A stretch of DNA of 64,000 bases from Podarcis muralis (Eukaryota). Made by a program: the position numbers and the translations under genes. Location: positions 87,296,001 through 87,360,000 of the forward strand of contig NC_135662.1 of assembly GCF_964188315.1 (NCBI RefSeq), written 5' to 3'. Position 1 is the stretch's first letter, and each line of letters starts with the position of its first letter. Under the pieces are notes generated by a model. The model was not told the DNA's origin, did no database searches, and worked only from the letters and a program-made list of their open reading frames with translations. This document shows positions 23,735 through 35,149 of the stretch, one piece after another.

Positions 23735-23960
23735 TCTATGACAGGAACAGAGATTATCCACATCCAGCTGGTTCAATACCAGGCAGAGGGCCTTCTCGGT
23801 AGTGGCGCCCGCCCTGTGAAACGCCCTCCCATCAGATGTCAAGGAAATAAACAACTATCTGACTTTCAGAAGACATCTGAAGGCAGCCCAGTTTAGGGAA
23901 GTGTTTAATGTTTGAAGTTTTTATCTGTTTTTAACGTTCTGTTGAAAGCCGTGAAGGGTG
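23735..23960 (+). mobile_element. L2/CR1-group LINE 3' fragment
   Basis: AGGGCCTTCTCGGTAGTGGCGCCC...CGCCCTCCCATCAGATGTC is typical of squamate L2 3' ends. Confidence 0.55.
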
Positions 23961-24626
23961 CTTGAATCTCTCTCAATCTGATCTGATTTGGGGGATGGAA
24001 ATGGCCTCAGCGGCCTGGTTAACAACCTGCAATGTATGATGGGAAGGTGGCTCTTGGACCGTTTGCCAGTTTCAAAATCATATAGTCTTTTGCATTTTCT
24101 ATTTCTGTGCATTGGTTTGGTAGCTTTGGGCTGTGATGTGGGACAGAACACAGGGCGCTGCTGTTCTGGGATGGTGGGTTTCAAAAGGTGGCATTAGAAG
24201 CTACTACTCTGCTCCCTTGGGCTTGGGGTTTAGTATTCTACCTGGTCTCCATGGGTTGGTGTTGACCACCAAGGTAGTATGGAAGACTGGTTCCCCATCA
24301 GAACTGAGTAAGTCATTCTCAAGTAAGTTTAATGCTACAATGCACTTCTACACACCACGCATTGAGCAACACAATATAATACTACCTCTTCTCATATGAA
24401 ACTATTACCCTACTGGAAGGGTGTGTGTACAGTTAGCTATATTTTCTCTACCACATGCTCAGATTACTGTATTTACTTGAATGTAATGTGCACCTTTTTT
24501 GGCCAAATTACATGGTGAAAATTAGGGTGTGCATTAGATTCGATGGCACATTTACATCCTCCAGCAAAAAAAATTTGGTTTCAAGGTTTTGAAAATTGAG
24601 GTGCGCATTAGATTTAATGGAGCATT

Positions 24627-24976
24627 AAGAAGGTAAAGGGACCCCTGACCGTTAGGTCCAGTCACGGACAACTCTGGGGTTGTGGCGCTCATCTCGCATT
24701 ACTGGCCAAGGGAGCCGGCGTACAGCTTCTGGGTCATGTGGCCAGCATGACTAAGCCGCTTCTGGCGAACCAGAGCAGCACACGAAAACGCTGTTTACCT
24801 TCCCGCCGGACCAATACCTATTTATCTACTTGCACTTTGACGTGCTTTCGAACTGCTAGGTTAGCAGGAGCAGGGACCGAGCAATGGGAGCTCACCCCAT
24901 CACAGGGATTCGAACCGCTGACCTTCTGATCGGCAAGCCCTAGGCTCTGTGGTTTAACCCACAGCGCCACCCGCGC
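24627..24976 (-). mobile_element. Sauria SINE (different subfamily, minus strand)
   Basis: Reverse complement of the head (CACAGCGCCACCCGCG) and tail (AAGGTAAAGGGACCCC). Confidence 0.9.
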
Positions 24977-25577
24977 TACATTTGAGTAAATATGATCTTA
25001 TTTGGAGTTAAGGGAAGTACAGCTGTTTCTCCCTCCAAATGTGTAAGTTCACAAAGTGTCTAACTTAAATCTCTCACCATAAAGTATTGGTAATATACAT
25101 GACATTACTGGAAAAAATATTTGTTTACACCTGTCCCATATTAGCAAGCAAATATTTACTATGGAACCCGTAGTAAATACTGTAAGCCAATCTTCTCTGA
25201 GGTCTCCTCGACTAGCCTATTCAATTCAGATATTCTCAATTGCTTATATTTCATTGTTTTTGTGTCTATTTCCATTAGATCAGGCATGCCCAAAGTCTAT
25301 TTTGGGGGCCTAATCCAGCCCATTGGTCGGTTTAATCCAGCCCCTGTGGCAGTTTATTTCCTGGGGTAAAATCCTAAAAAACCTCAACAACTTCAACCCT
25401 AAATAAAGGTCAACGGCCCTTCACTTCATCAAATCTGGCCCTCTTTAAAAAAAGTTTGGACACCACTGCATAGTTGCTATGCTACTTTCTTCAAGCAGTT
25501 AGATAATACTGTTTAAAAATAAAGCCATAGGAGGCTTTCTTCTACTCAAGATCCTTTGTCCACTGGAGATGTAAATA

Positions 25578-25818
25578 CAGTGGTACCTTGGTTTACGATC
25601 TTCATCTGTTCCTGAAGTCCATTCTTAAACCAAATTGGTTCTTAAACCAAGGCACGCTTTCCCTAATGAGGCCTCCCGCCGCTGGTGCCCTTCCACCATT
25701 TGGCTTCCGTTCGTAGACTGAGGTAAAGTTCGCAAACTGGAACACTACTTCTGGTTTTGCGGAGTTCTTAAACCGAATAGTTCGTAAATAGGACTGTTTG
25801 TAAACTGAGGTACCACTG
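25578..25818. mobile_element. Tc1/mariner-superfamily MITE
   Basis: TIRs CAGTGGTACCTTGGTTTAC / GTAAACTGAGGTACCACTG with TA flanks. Confidence 0.85.
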
Positions 25819-27920
25819 TAACTGAATATGGGAATGTGTGCTAAGCATATGCTTCTTTCACTCAATTATTTCAACTGTGTTAAATAAAACAGTCCCCTAA
25901 GGAAAACATAAGATACCATAATCAAAATAGTAAAACATTTGTTGAAATAATTTTCTCTGGAAGAGGAACCCGAAGTTGCATTCGGAAGAGGCAGGCTTGC
26001 CCAGTGGAACAGATCAGTTCTTTTGCTCTTTGCCTGGCTAGTGAAACTACCTTCTCCCAAACATCAGATAAGTACTGTGCTCCCACCTTGAAACTTTCGT
26101 TGAACCATGAAGGAGGTGGTAAATTATTTTGGATCCTGCACACAGAAACTGTTCTGGAAGAGTTGTGTGATTAAGCTTTCTCTATTATCTCCACATGAAG
26201 GTGCTCAATTCTATTCCATGTCAAATTCAAAGTTGTCTTTATGTTTCAGCATTTTAAATAGTTTCCTCTGCAACAAGCAAACAATAAGAGATCACACAAA
26301 CACACAACCCTGTAAACTAAATTTTAATTTTATTTCAAACTAGACATTTTTGCTGCATTGAATTGATGCTAGTTGAACCTGAGTGTATAACAATCCAGAT
26401 ACAATCCCATCCAATCACTGAGCTATCAAAATGTTATCAAAATCATGAGCTAGAATAAATGCGGCAGCACCACAGATAAACACAGAGAGATATTGCAAAA
26501 AAGCAAAACAAATGGTAATAAAAAACCCTATGTAACCATAGCTCTCATTTAGAGCTGTTATCCCACCACACCTGTTCCAGACATTGGCACAGAAGGTGCA
26601 TGAGAGGTAGAGTGATCAACCCAGTTTGTTAAGTTTATCAGTAATACTGAAGATAAAAAAAAGCAAGAGGCGCACAGTACATTTCTGAACATCTGTACTG
26701 GTAGCAAATATATATATGCCAAGTACATGTTACAGACAGAAATATTAGGGTGTGGGGAATTTCAGCTGTGTGGCAGCAGAAATGCGAATGTTGTCAGAAG
26801 CTACCTGAACACTTTAGTGTTGGATGAGGTGGATTATAGTTGCTTCAATAAGGAAATGGTGATGCATTGCATAATGTTCCCAATTACCAGCAGCTGAATT
26901 CAGCAGAATACAGATTATCAGAACATCACCTGGAAAAGTTAAGCATGTGTGTTTACATGGCTGGAACCTCTGGCTGTATATTGAGGCAGGTCTACACATT
27001 CAGTTTCAATACTGAAAGGGAGAAATGAGTCCTGTTTGGAAAACGTCCAGAGAGATGTAACAGGAAACTGTGCTCCATTTATTTTGGAGGGTTTTTACAA
27101 AACATTCACAACTCATCACCAACTATCTGGTAGCAATGGACTCTTTCAGGAGCAGACAAACACAGAAGGGCATTAACTTGCAAAAGGCACTTGTCATTTG
27201 TAATCACTGGGTTGAAGCAGAACCTCTGCCAAGAACATCAAAAGCAAAACACTTCCCTGTGCAGAATAAATAGCTGTTCATACTACACTCTTCTAGATTA
27301 GTAACAATGAAAGTGTTAGTTAAAAAAGAAAAGAAAGATACAGAGCTTCCCTTTCCACAAGTGTAGAAATGGGAGCCTGGGAGACTGCTTTTGCTCAATA
27401 AGAAATAATAATTCATTCTTTCCTTTTGAGGACTCATGAATCTAGACACTAGGTAGACAATACAGTGGGAAGGAGTAGAGGAGTGATATATTGGAGTCCA
27501 GTTTCCTGTTTGATACCAGGAGTGGCAGATCCTACTGAGCTGTAACCAAAAAAAGGAAGCATAATTTTTAACCTCTTGTGGGATGAAACCAGCTATATAC
27601 AGAATACATACAACTCTTCTCTTTTCCACCAATGCCTATTCAAAATGACAGGAAAGTGGGCTTTTAGATAACAATTTGCTTCCTCAAACTATGCTTGCTG
27701 GCTAATGATCTAGCATACTAGGTTTAAGCTGCAGCTCAGCCAAACAACAAATACTTTTTCTGAGCCCAGGGAGAAGTATGAAACAATAGCTATTAAGCCA
27801 TTCACAAGGGAGGTGTAAAGTACTTGTGCATTCTATTATACTCTTTTCAAGGTAATATATATATAAGCAGCAAATTCTTTCCATATAAATGATTTCTCTA
27901 AAGATACAGAGGCAAGGAAG

Positions 27921-28892
27921 CTATTTGATTCCATAATAAAAGTAAACAGCGAAGCTAATCAGCAAAACAGAAAGGAAAAAAAAGGTGGTTAGATGAAGAC
28001 CAAATAGGAGGACAGAGAGCAAAGCATTAACCATAATAGAGGAGGAGATCACAAAGAGTCTAGTGATGTTACTACTGTGCTTCATGACCACAGACATTAT
28101 CAAGCCATTCAAGGCTTGACTCACAATAATTAACAGAACCCAAAATGAGAAACCCTCCAGGAACCCAGCCCCTGAGCTGCTTGACAGATGGATGATTATG
28201 TTCAGCAAAACACCAAAAAAGTAGAGAAATGCATTTTGGAGGTTAAGAGGCAGATCCTGGGTCTTCAAGACAACTTCAGTGTAGACTGCTGAAAGGCCAG
28301 AGATCAGGCAATATAGAAAGATCAGCACTAAGCCAATGGGGGTGATGTGCAACTGCATGTCAGAAGCAGGCATGTGCTGTGGGTCCTGCAGGCCTCCATA
28401 TGTATAAAAGGCTCCAGCAGCAATCAACAAGAAAAGAGCTAGCCACTTGCGGGCAGTCAGTCTTTGGTGCAAGAATATGCTGAATAGGAGGGCGGTGCTT
28501 CCAATTTTCAAGTTGCTGAGCACTTGGAAGGTACTAGGATCCATGAACAGCTGCAAATGAACTACTAAGTTGTTGTTGGCTGCATAGAGCAATGCCGAAA
28601 GAGCAAAGGGAGCAGCATGATGCCATGACACAGATAGCTTTTGTTGTCCACAGCCCCAGATCATCAGGAAGACTAGTGAGAGCATCAACTTGGTTAACTC
28701 AATCAAAACCACCACAGAGGAGGCACTGAATGGGATCTGGCCATTTTCTTTACAGAGAGTCAGGAGTGGTGCATGGGAGCCATAGATAAAAACAGACAAG
28801 ATCAGCATCAGCCCCCATCGGATTTTCCCAAGTACGACAGCAGCAGCTGGGCTGACCCGGCTATCACCAGTACAAGTGTTGTCAAATAACAT
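27921..28892 (-). CDS. SLC35A4: Probable UDP-sugar transporter SLC35A4, 323 aa, intronless CDS
   Basis: Hallmark segments YGSHAPLL, APFALSALLYAANNNL, MDPSTFQVLSNLKIGSTA, LHITPIGL, VMKHSSNITRLF. First true ATG is at 28892; the ORF-track start at 28925 is a TTG lying in acceptor-like sequence. Confidence 0.96.
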   Translation of the reverse strand: MLFDNTCTGDSRVSPAAAVVLGKIRWGLMLILSVFIYGSHAPLLTLCKENGQIPFSASSVVVLIELTKLMLSLVFLMIWGCGQQKLSVSWHHAAPFALSALLYAANNNLVVHLQLFMDPSTFQVLSNLKIGSTALLFSIFLHQRLTARKWLALFLLIAAGAFYTYGGLQDPQHMPASDMQLHITPIGLVLIFLYCLISGLSAVYTEVVLKTQDLPLNLQNAFLYFFGVLLNIIIHLSSSSGAGFLEGFSFWVLLIIVSQALNGLIMSVVMKHSSNITRLFVISSSIMVNALLSVLLFGLHLTTFFFLSVLLISFAVYFYYGIK

Positions 28893-29508
28893 TTCTCTGA
28901 AGTGTGGAGGCAAGGGAAATATCAACCTCTAACTTTTATAAGAGGAGAAAAATGAAGTTAATATAGGGTTTTTTTTAAAAAAAATAAAATGTCATACTCA
29001 TGGAAAGGCAGAAGTATCCAATGAATCAGAGCAATATGACACATTTGTGATGAGATTCACATGTCAGTATAATATGTATGCATGATTAAGAAAAGGTTTG
29101 GACAATGTGAACCACTCAAGCCACATTTTCTGGGTACATGAAAGGACATGGGGTGGGTTCCAGTTTAAAGCTGGCAGGCATGATGACCCAGCAGTTGCTC
29201 TGTGTTCCATCAGAATGAGAATCCCATCATGTGAGAAATGCAGCTGTCCGAGTTGATAGTCAGGAACCATCTAATCCCTGGATGGCTGAAGCAGCCACCA
29301 AGACTTTTCATGATTGAATGTCTGAGAATACTTACAATCAGACCTGCTGAAATTTCATCTCATCCAATATAAAAACACTTCAGATTGATATGACTGGTGA
29401 AAGGGGAGCAGCAGGAGTCATTTCTGACATAAATTGAGTTTACATTGTTTAGAAAGCCTAATATAAGAGGGGTTTTCTGGAGTGTATTGCTACATGAGAT
29501 TCTATATT

Positions 29509-31958
29509 CTAGTCTGGTCCTTTCCTGAATGAACTGAAATAGTCTTTGATTGTCTTTTCCACATCAGGAACTGCATAGGTTTGAGCAGCATACACACCAG
29601 TACAAGTCCCCACTAAAAATCCAAGGACTGCTGACGATCTGAGTTTGGCTACAACATAGCCAGCAAGAAACCCTTTGAGAAAGGGGGATGCCAGCAAAGA
29701 GACTTCCTGTAAAAAACAAAAGACATAAACATAAACGGGCAATTGAAACAGCCATCTGAACACAACTAAAATGCAGACTAGGATGTGTTCTCATGGTTCA
29801 CCCATTTCTCCTAATATGCTGGATTACAATTCAAGGCTGATGTAGTATTTATAATCAAAGGAGCAAGCACAGTCTCAGTATTTTCCAGATGTAACACACT
29901 GAAAATAAACTACAGACCGGTACAGGTATAATTACCATATTTTTCGCCCTATATGGCACACTTTTTGGGGGAGGAAATAAAGGGGGGGAAATTATCCCCC
30001 CCCCCGAGCTTGCGGGGCTGGGGGAAGCCCGAGCTTCCCTCAACCCCAGCCCCCAGAACGGGTCCAGGAGCAACGGCGAGGTTGCATTCAACCTCGCCAT
30101 TGCTCCCGGAGCTTGCAGGGCTGGGGGTGGGGAAAGCCCGAGCTTCCCCCGACCCCAGCCCCCAGAACGGGTCCGAGAACGATGGTGAGGTTGCGCTCAA
30201 CCTCGCCATCGCTCCTGGAGCTTGCTGTTATCCGAAGCCCGGGGAGCGCAGCCCGGGGAGTTCCTGCTGGGCTCCGCAGGCTTGCGGATAGCTTCCTGAA
30301 GCCTGGAGAGCGAGAGGGGTCGGTGTGCACCGACCCCTCTCGCTCTCCAGGCTTCAGCGAAAGCCTGCATTTGCCCCATAGGACGCACACACATTTCCCC
30401 TTCATTTTTGGACGGGAAAAAGTGCATCCTATAGGGCGAAAAATACGGTACATTGTACTCTAATAAGTTACTGCAGGCATAGTCAAATTCCGGCCCTCCA
30501 GATGTTTGGGACTACAATTTCCATCATCCCTGATCATTGGTCCTGTTAGCTAGCGATGATGGAAATTGTAGTCCCAAACATATGGAGAGCTAGAGTTTGC
30601 CTATGCCTGAGCTACTGGGCCAGACATATAAAGCACATTATTAATGACATTTGAGAGACAAATACGGTGACAACAGACTTGGAGAAATCAGTATTATCAG
30701 CCCCACTTTTACCTGTCCTACTCCAGCCTGTACCTCATTTTCGACTCTTCGTTTCAAGCTTTCCAATTGATCCTTCAAAAAAGCAAGATCTTTCAGCTTT
30801 GGCAGAGAGTCCTATACATTGGAAACATAAATGAGCTATTCCAAACTGCATGCACACATGCATTTTAGTATCTTTGTTATAGAAAGCAAATATCTAAGAG
30901 GAAAGGCACAGTCTAGAAATTCTAATGGGATGTCTAATACAAGACCAATATTCTGTTTCTGGCTATCACTGCCACCACATCAGAGGGGGCACTTTAGGTA
31001 GTTTTTTCTCTCCAACTTCTATCCCAGGTGCTTCTATCCACAATGAGTTCTATACAATAGTATAAAGCAATTTAGTATGATGCTGTTTTGGGTGTGGGAA
31101 ATGGACTTGATCAGTGGATTAATTTTCAAATATTAACTTGTGTTATAAATCAATGAAAAAAATCATCTGTCTAGTCTTTTTATACTTTGCTGCCATGACC
31201 AATTATAGGCTGCATATGGATAGCTCACTATTTTAGTCCGGATAGGTTAACAAAAGACATGCATTTCGATTTTTTATACAGCTAGAATTTTCTGGATAAA
31301 AAAAAAAATAAAAATTGGGGGGGGGGGGGAGTTATTTTAGTTCCTTCCCAAAACTGAAAATGTCAACATTTATTTATTTGATTTATTCATTCCATTTATA
31401 CTCCACCCTTCCTCCCGACAGAACTTCAAGTTCCGTCTTATACAAGCAAGTGCCCATGTTCACACAAGCAGTTTCGTGTTTTCGTTTTCCCTCACTTGAT
31501 ACGTCTCTGTCCTACCTTAGCACCCAAACTGGGCCTAAGAGGCAGTTAAAAAAAAAACAAGAAAGCTCCAAAGAGGCCCTTTACAAAGAAAAAAGAAAGA
31601 AAAAGCCAAAGATCATCAAGAAAGCTACAATCCCCGTCCCCTCCCAAAAAAAAAAACCTCCACAGAAGTATCAGGAAAACACGTGTAAGCAGAAGCTAAA
31701 AGTGCGGGTGTTAAAAAAGGGGAGCTAGCAGGGCTTCCTGAAAGAGGCCGCATCCTAAGGAGAGTCACGCTCCGGCTTCCGCCCCGAAGCTGCCCCGCTT
31801 CCCCTCCGGCACGACGACTCCCGAGTAAACGGGGCCGCAAAGCTTCCCCCTCGCCCCCCCCCTTGCAGGCCCCGCCACACGCGAGAAGCCGAGGAGGCCG
31901 CGAGCGCCTTCCTCCCGCCACCCCGAGAGGACGAGGCCGGTACCTTGTCGTCCGCCAT
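29509..31958 (-). CDS. SLC35A4: SLC35A4 upstream-ORF microprotein (AltSLC35A4 / SLC35A4-MP), 103 aa, 3 exons
   Basis: Exons 31958-31944 (MADDK), 30811-30713 (DSLPKLKDLAFLKDQLESLKRRVENEVQAGVGQ) and 29706-29509 (EVSLLASPFLKGFLAGYVVAKLRSSAVLGFLVGTCTGVYAAQTYAVPDVEKTIKDYFSSFRKGPD*). All junctions are phase 0 GT-AG. Length and sequence match the human 103-aa uORF product as I recall it. Confidence 0.94.
29935..30448. mobile_element. TcMar-Tc2-like non-autonomous DNA transposon with internal tandem duplication and hairpins
   Basis: TIRs CCATATTTTTCGCCCTATATGGCAC / GTGCATCCTATAGGGCGAAAAATACGG with TA flanks; two copies of an approximately 105-bp GC-rich unit. Confidence 0.8.
30474..30609. mobile_element. 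Fold-back hAT-superfamily MITE
   Basis: TIRs CAGGCATAG / CTATGCCTG and an 8-bp target-site duplication AGTTACTG / AGCTACTG; the whole element is largely self-complementary. Confidence 0.85.
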
Positions 31959-32850
31959 CTTCCTCGCGGCTCCGCCCTCCGCAGGCGCCGCCCTTCTTTC
32001 CGGACCGGCCTTCTCCGCTTCCCGCGGCTCCTCTCTCCAAGGAGCCCCTGCGAGGGGGGCTCTGAGGGCTGCTCCCCCCGCAGAAAGGTAGAGGAGGAAG
32101 GGTCCGTGAGGAGGAAAGGTCCCTTAGTCCAGCCCCCTGCTAGGCGGGACTCAAGGGAAAGGAAGAGAGGCTGGGGACGGGGATTCACACGTTACACGTT
32201 ACACGTGTCGCCCGGCGCCTCCATTGCCGCCAGGCGGAAACGCTTCTCCTCAGCCAGGTTCACATTCCATGGCTTTTTATATGTGTTTGTTTTGTTATGA
32301 ATTTTGCATTCTCGCTCTCCCCCTGTCGCGAACCGGCTCTTCGGAGGCAGGGCGGTATAATAATAATTTAAGAAGTCATAATAACAACCATTTCCACATG
32401 AAGCAACGTCTAAGTAAGAAGAAGAAGGAGAACTGCTGCGCTCGCGCCTGGCCAATCGCTGCTTCGCCCGAAGCCTTCGATTTCTGCGGCTTCCCAAGGC
32501 TGATCCGGAAGATCCAGCCATCGAGGGGGTTTACTCTACAGATTCTTGTGTCTATGGATTCAGTTTAGCTGCCTACCGGCGGCGTTCTCCTGCCGCAGCC
32601 TCGGCACGTGCTCCTGACGTCAGTTTTGCGTCGCCCTCGCCGAGCGGGGCGCTCGTGAAGTTTTGTTTTTTGGCTCAGAAATAGGCGCGGGACTAAGCGG
32701 CAGCGGCAGCCGCCATCTTGGTTGTCGCGACCCCTTAAAGGTCCCAGGGACCTGAGGGCGCCGCGCTGCCGCTGCCAGACGCCCTTGTCCTCCTCTCACA
32801 CGGTCTGAGCTGCTGCCTCCGTGACTGAGGGGGATGCGGGGCTTGGGGTT
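31700..32850. promoter_or_regulatory. CpG island / promoter of SLC35A4
   Basis: Dense CpG around SLC35A4 exon 1; CCAAT 32452-32456, E-box CACGTG 32605-32610, CRE TGACGTCA 32615-32622, YY1-type GCCGCCATCTTG 32709-32720. Confidence 0.75.
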
Positions 32851-33329
32851 GGAAAAAATAAACAAATCAGTAAATAAATAGAAAACTAAACATCAGGTAG
32901 CAGCCTAGCGCAGTTGCATCGTAGCTGGAAGAGCTATTGCTGCCACAGCATAACACACAGACATACAAGCAAACCACGAAATGACCAGTCTTGTGGCACC
33001 ACAGAGACTAAAGGATTGACCGTGAGATAATTTATTACGGTCAAAGACCAGCTCACGTAACATAACACGATAAAAACAGCGTTCATAAAGATAAAATATA
33101 CAGTCGGAGCAGATTGCGGCATTAGCTCATGAGTTAAAATTGAGATATATACATACACCCGTACAACTGAGATTTGGGCTACCATAAAAAATTGACCCTG
33201 AGGCGCCCCAAAGGGCGACTTCAGCATTTCCCTAGTAAGCTATTTTATTTTAGAGGATGACCTGTGCCTACAAATCTGGGTGCAGAATCTGGCTACCAGC
33301 CAGGACCATGACTTAAGCTATACAATTTC

Positions 33330-33680
33330 AAGCATATTGGCAAGGCAACTATGGCTATGGCTCGCCTCTCCAAAAGAGTATGGGAGAATGTGATGATATT
33401 GACCGATACCAAGAGGAAGGTCTACCAGGCTTGTGTTTTTCAGGCTTGTGTTTTGAGCACGTTGCTTTATGGAAGTGAGATGTGGGCAACTTGCACCCTC
33501 CAGGAGAGACTCCTCAAAGCCTGTGTCAGGCAGATTTTGGGATTCACATGGCAGGACAGATAAATATGTATTCTCCCAAGCCCGTATTCCCAGAATGTTC
33601 GCACTCCTGTCTCAGTGACATCCACACTGGCTTGGTTATGTTCCTAGAATGTAAAATGGCAGGATCCCCAAGGATCACCA
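33330..33680 (+). mobile_element. Decayed RTE-clade LINE fragment
   Basis: Translation TKRKVYQACV...STLLYGSEMW...QERLL...CVRQILGFTWQDR matches the RTE RT C-terminal region. Confidence 0.75.
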
Positions 33681-34444
33681 CAACTGGACACCTTCATTTG
33701 CCCCAACTGCAACAAAACATGTCAGGTTTCGGTCTCTACAGCCACAGCACACAAACTTTCCGAAGGTTTGACTACACCGCAAAAGGCGCACACTTCCATT
33801 GTCTCCTGAGACAGATGAGTGTCAGCCAACCAGAGGGGTAGTTGGGTTAGTCTCTTGGGGCAAAAAAATAGCAACAAAGCGCTTTGTGGCACCTTAAAGT
33901 CTGGACAAATTTATTAAGGTTTACACTTTGATGGATTACAGCCCATTACTTTGGTTGCATGAAATGGAACGGACTTCCTCGGAAGGTGGTGGACTCTCCT
34001 TCCTTGGAGTTTTTTTAGCCAGGGATTGGATGGTCATCTGTCATTTATACTTTAGATCCATGCATTGCAAGGGGTTGGACTAGAAGACCATTGGAATCCC
34101 CTCCATCTCTTTCAACTACTAGCAACTCCAGGCAGGACTGGAAAAGACCCATGTCCAAAAAACCCCAGAGCCACTGCCAGTCAGTGTAGTAGACAATGTG
34201 GAGCTGAGCTGCTATAAGGCAGCTTCTGGTGTCCCTCCCAAGTTCTGACTTGGTTGCCCAACCCACAGAGGGTGGACGTGTTTCAAGGCACAGAAGAAGC
34301 ATCATAGTGGGTAGCTGGATGAAGATGTTGACCCAGTGTGTGACAACTGAAAGGGTGAATTCCATGATAGGAGTCGTTGGGAAAGTGATTGAAAATAAGA
34401 CTACCGGTATCATAATGTCATTATACAAAGTGTCATTATACATG

Positions 34445-34800
34445 ATGTGAGACTACACTTGTACTGTAATACAGTACTGTGCGCACTTCTGGCCACCTCA
34501 CTGCAAAGAGGACATTGTGGAGCTGGAAAGGAGGCAGAAAAGGCAAGCAAAATGATCAAGGGGTTAGAGCAGGTTACAATATTTTGGGCTGTTTCGTTTA
34601 TGTGTAATAAGGGGAACGTGTTAAGAGGTGTATAAGATTATGCAAGGTGTAAAGGAAGTGCGAAAGGAGTTTCTCTCATAATGCTAGAACAGTGGGGTTC
34701 TCCAATTAAGCTAAATGTTGGAACATTCAGAGCAGGCTAAATAATTAGCTACCTCAAGAGGCTGTAATGGCCACCCACTTGGACTGCGTTAAAAGAGGGC
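34445..34800 (+). mobile_element. Decayed CR1 LINE ORF2 C-terminal fragment
   Basis: Remnants of the LEYCVQFW...KEDIVELERRQKRASKMIKGLE motif. Confidence 0.65.
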
Positions 34801-35149
34801 TGGAGAAATTTATGGAGTGTTTGTGGCTGTGTTCTGGCTCCAATGCTTGAGGCAGTGTGCCTCAGAATACCAGTTGCTGGGAATCGCAGGTGTGGAAAGC
34901 TCTGGTCCTTTTGGTGGGCTTATCAGGGGCATGTGGTCCAGCAGTCTGAGAGCAGGATGTTGGACGAGGTGGGTCCTTGGCCTGATCCAGGAAGGCTCTT
35001 TTTCCCCCCAGCCTGTTTACTCGGAAGTAAGATCAGCAGACACTTCCTCCCACCTTGGGCTGCCATTCTGTGCACGCTCAATTTGGGAGGCCAAGTCCCA
35101 CTGGAGCCCGTGGGCCTCTTGCGTCACGGCTTTGGATCGCCCTCCCTCG

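Noticed and set aside
1872-27920. TMCO6, NDUFA2 or IK, expected near CD14 from mammalian synteny
   Set aside because: No matching peptide found; by gene order they should lie upstream of CD14, outside this window.
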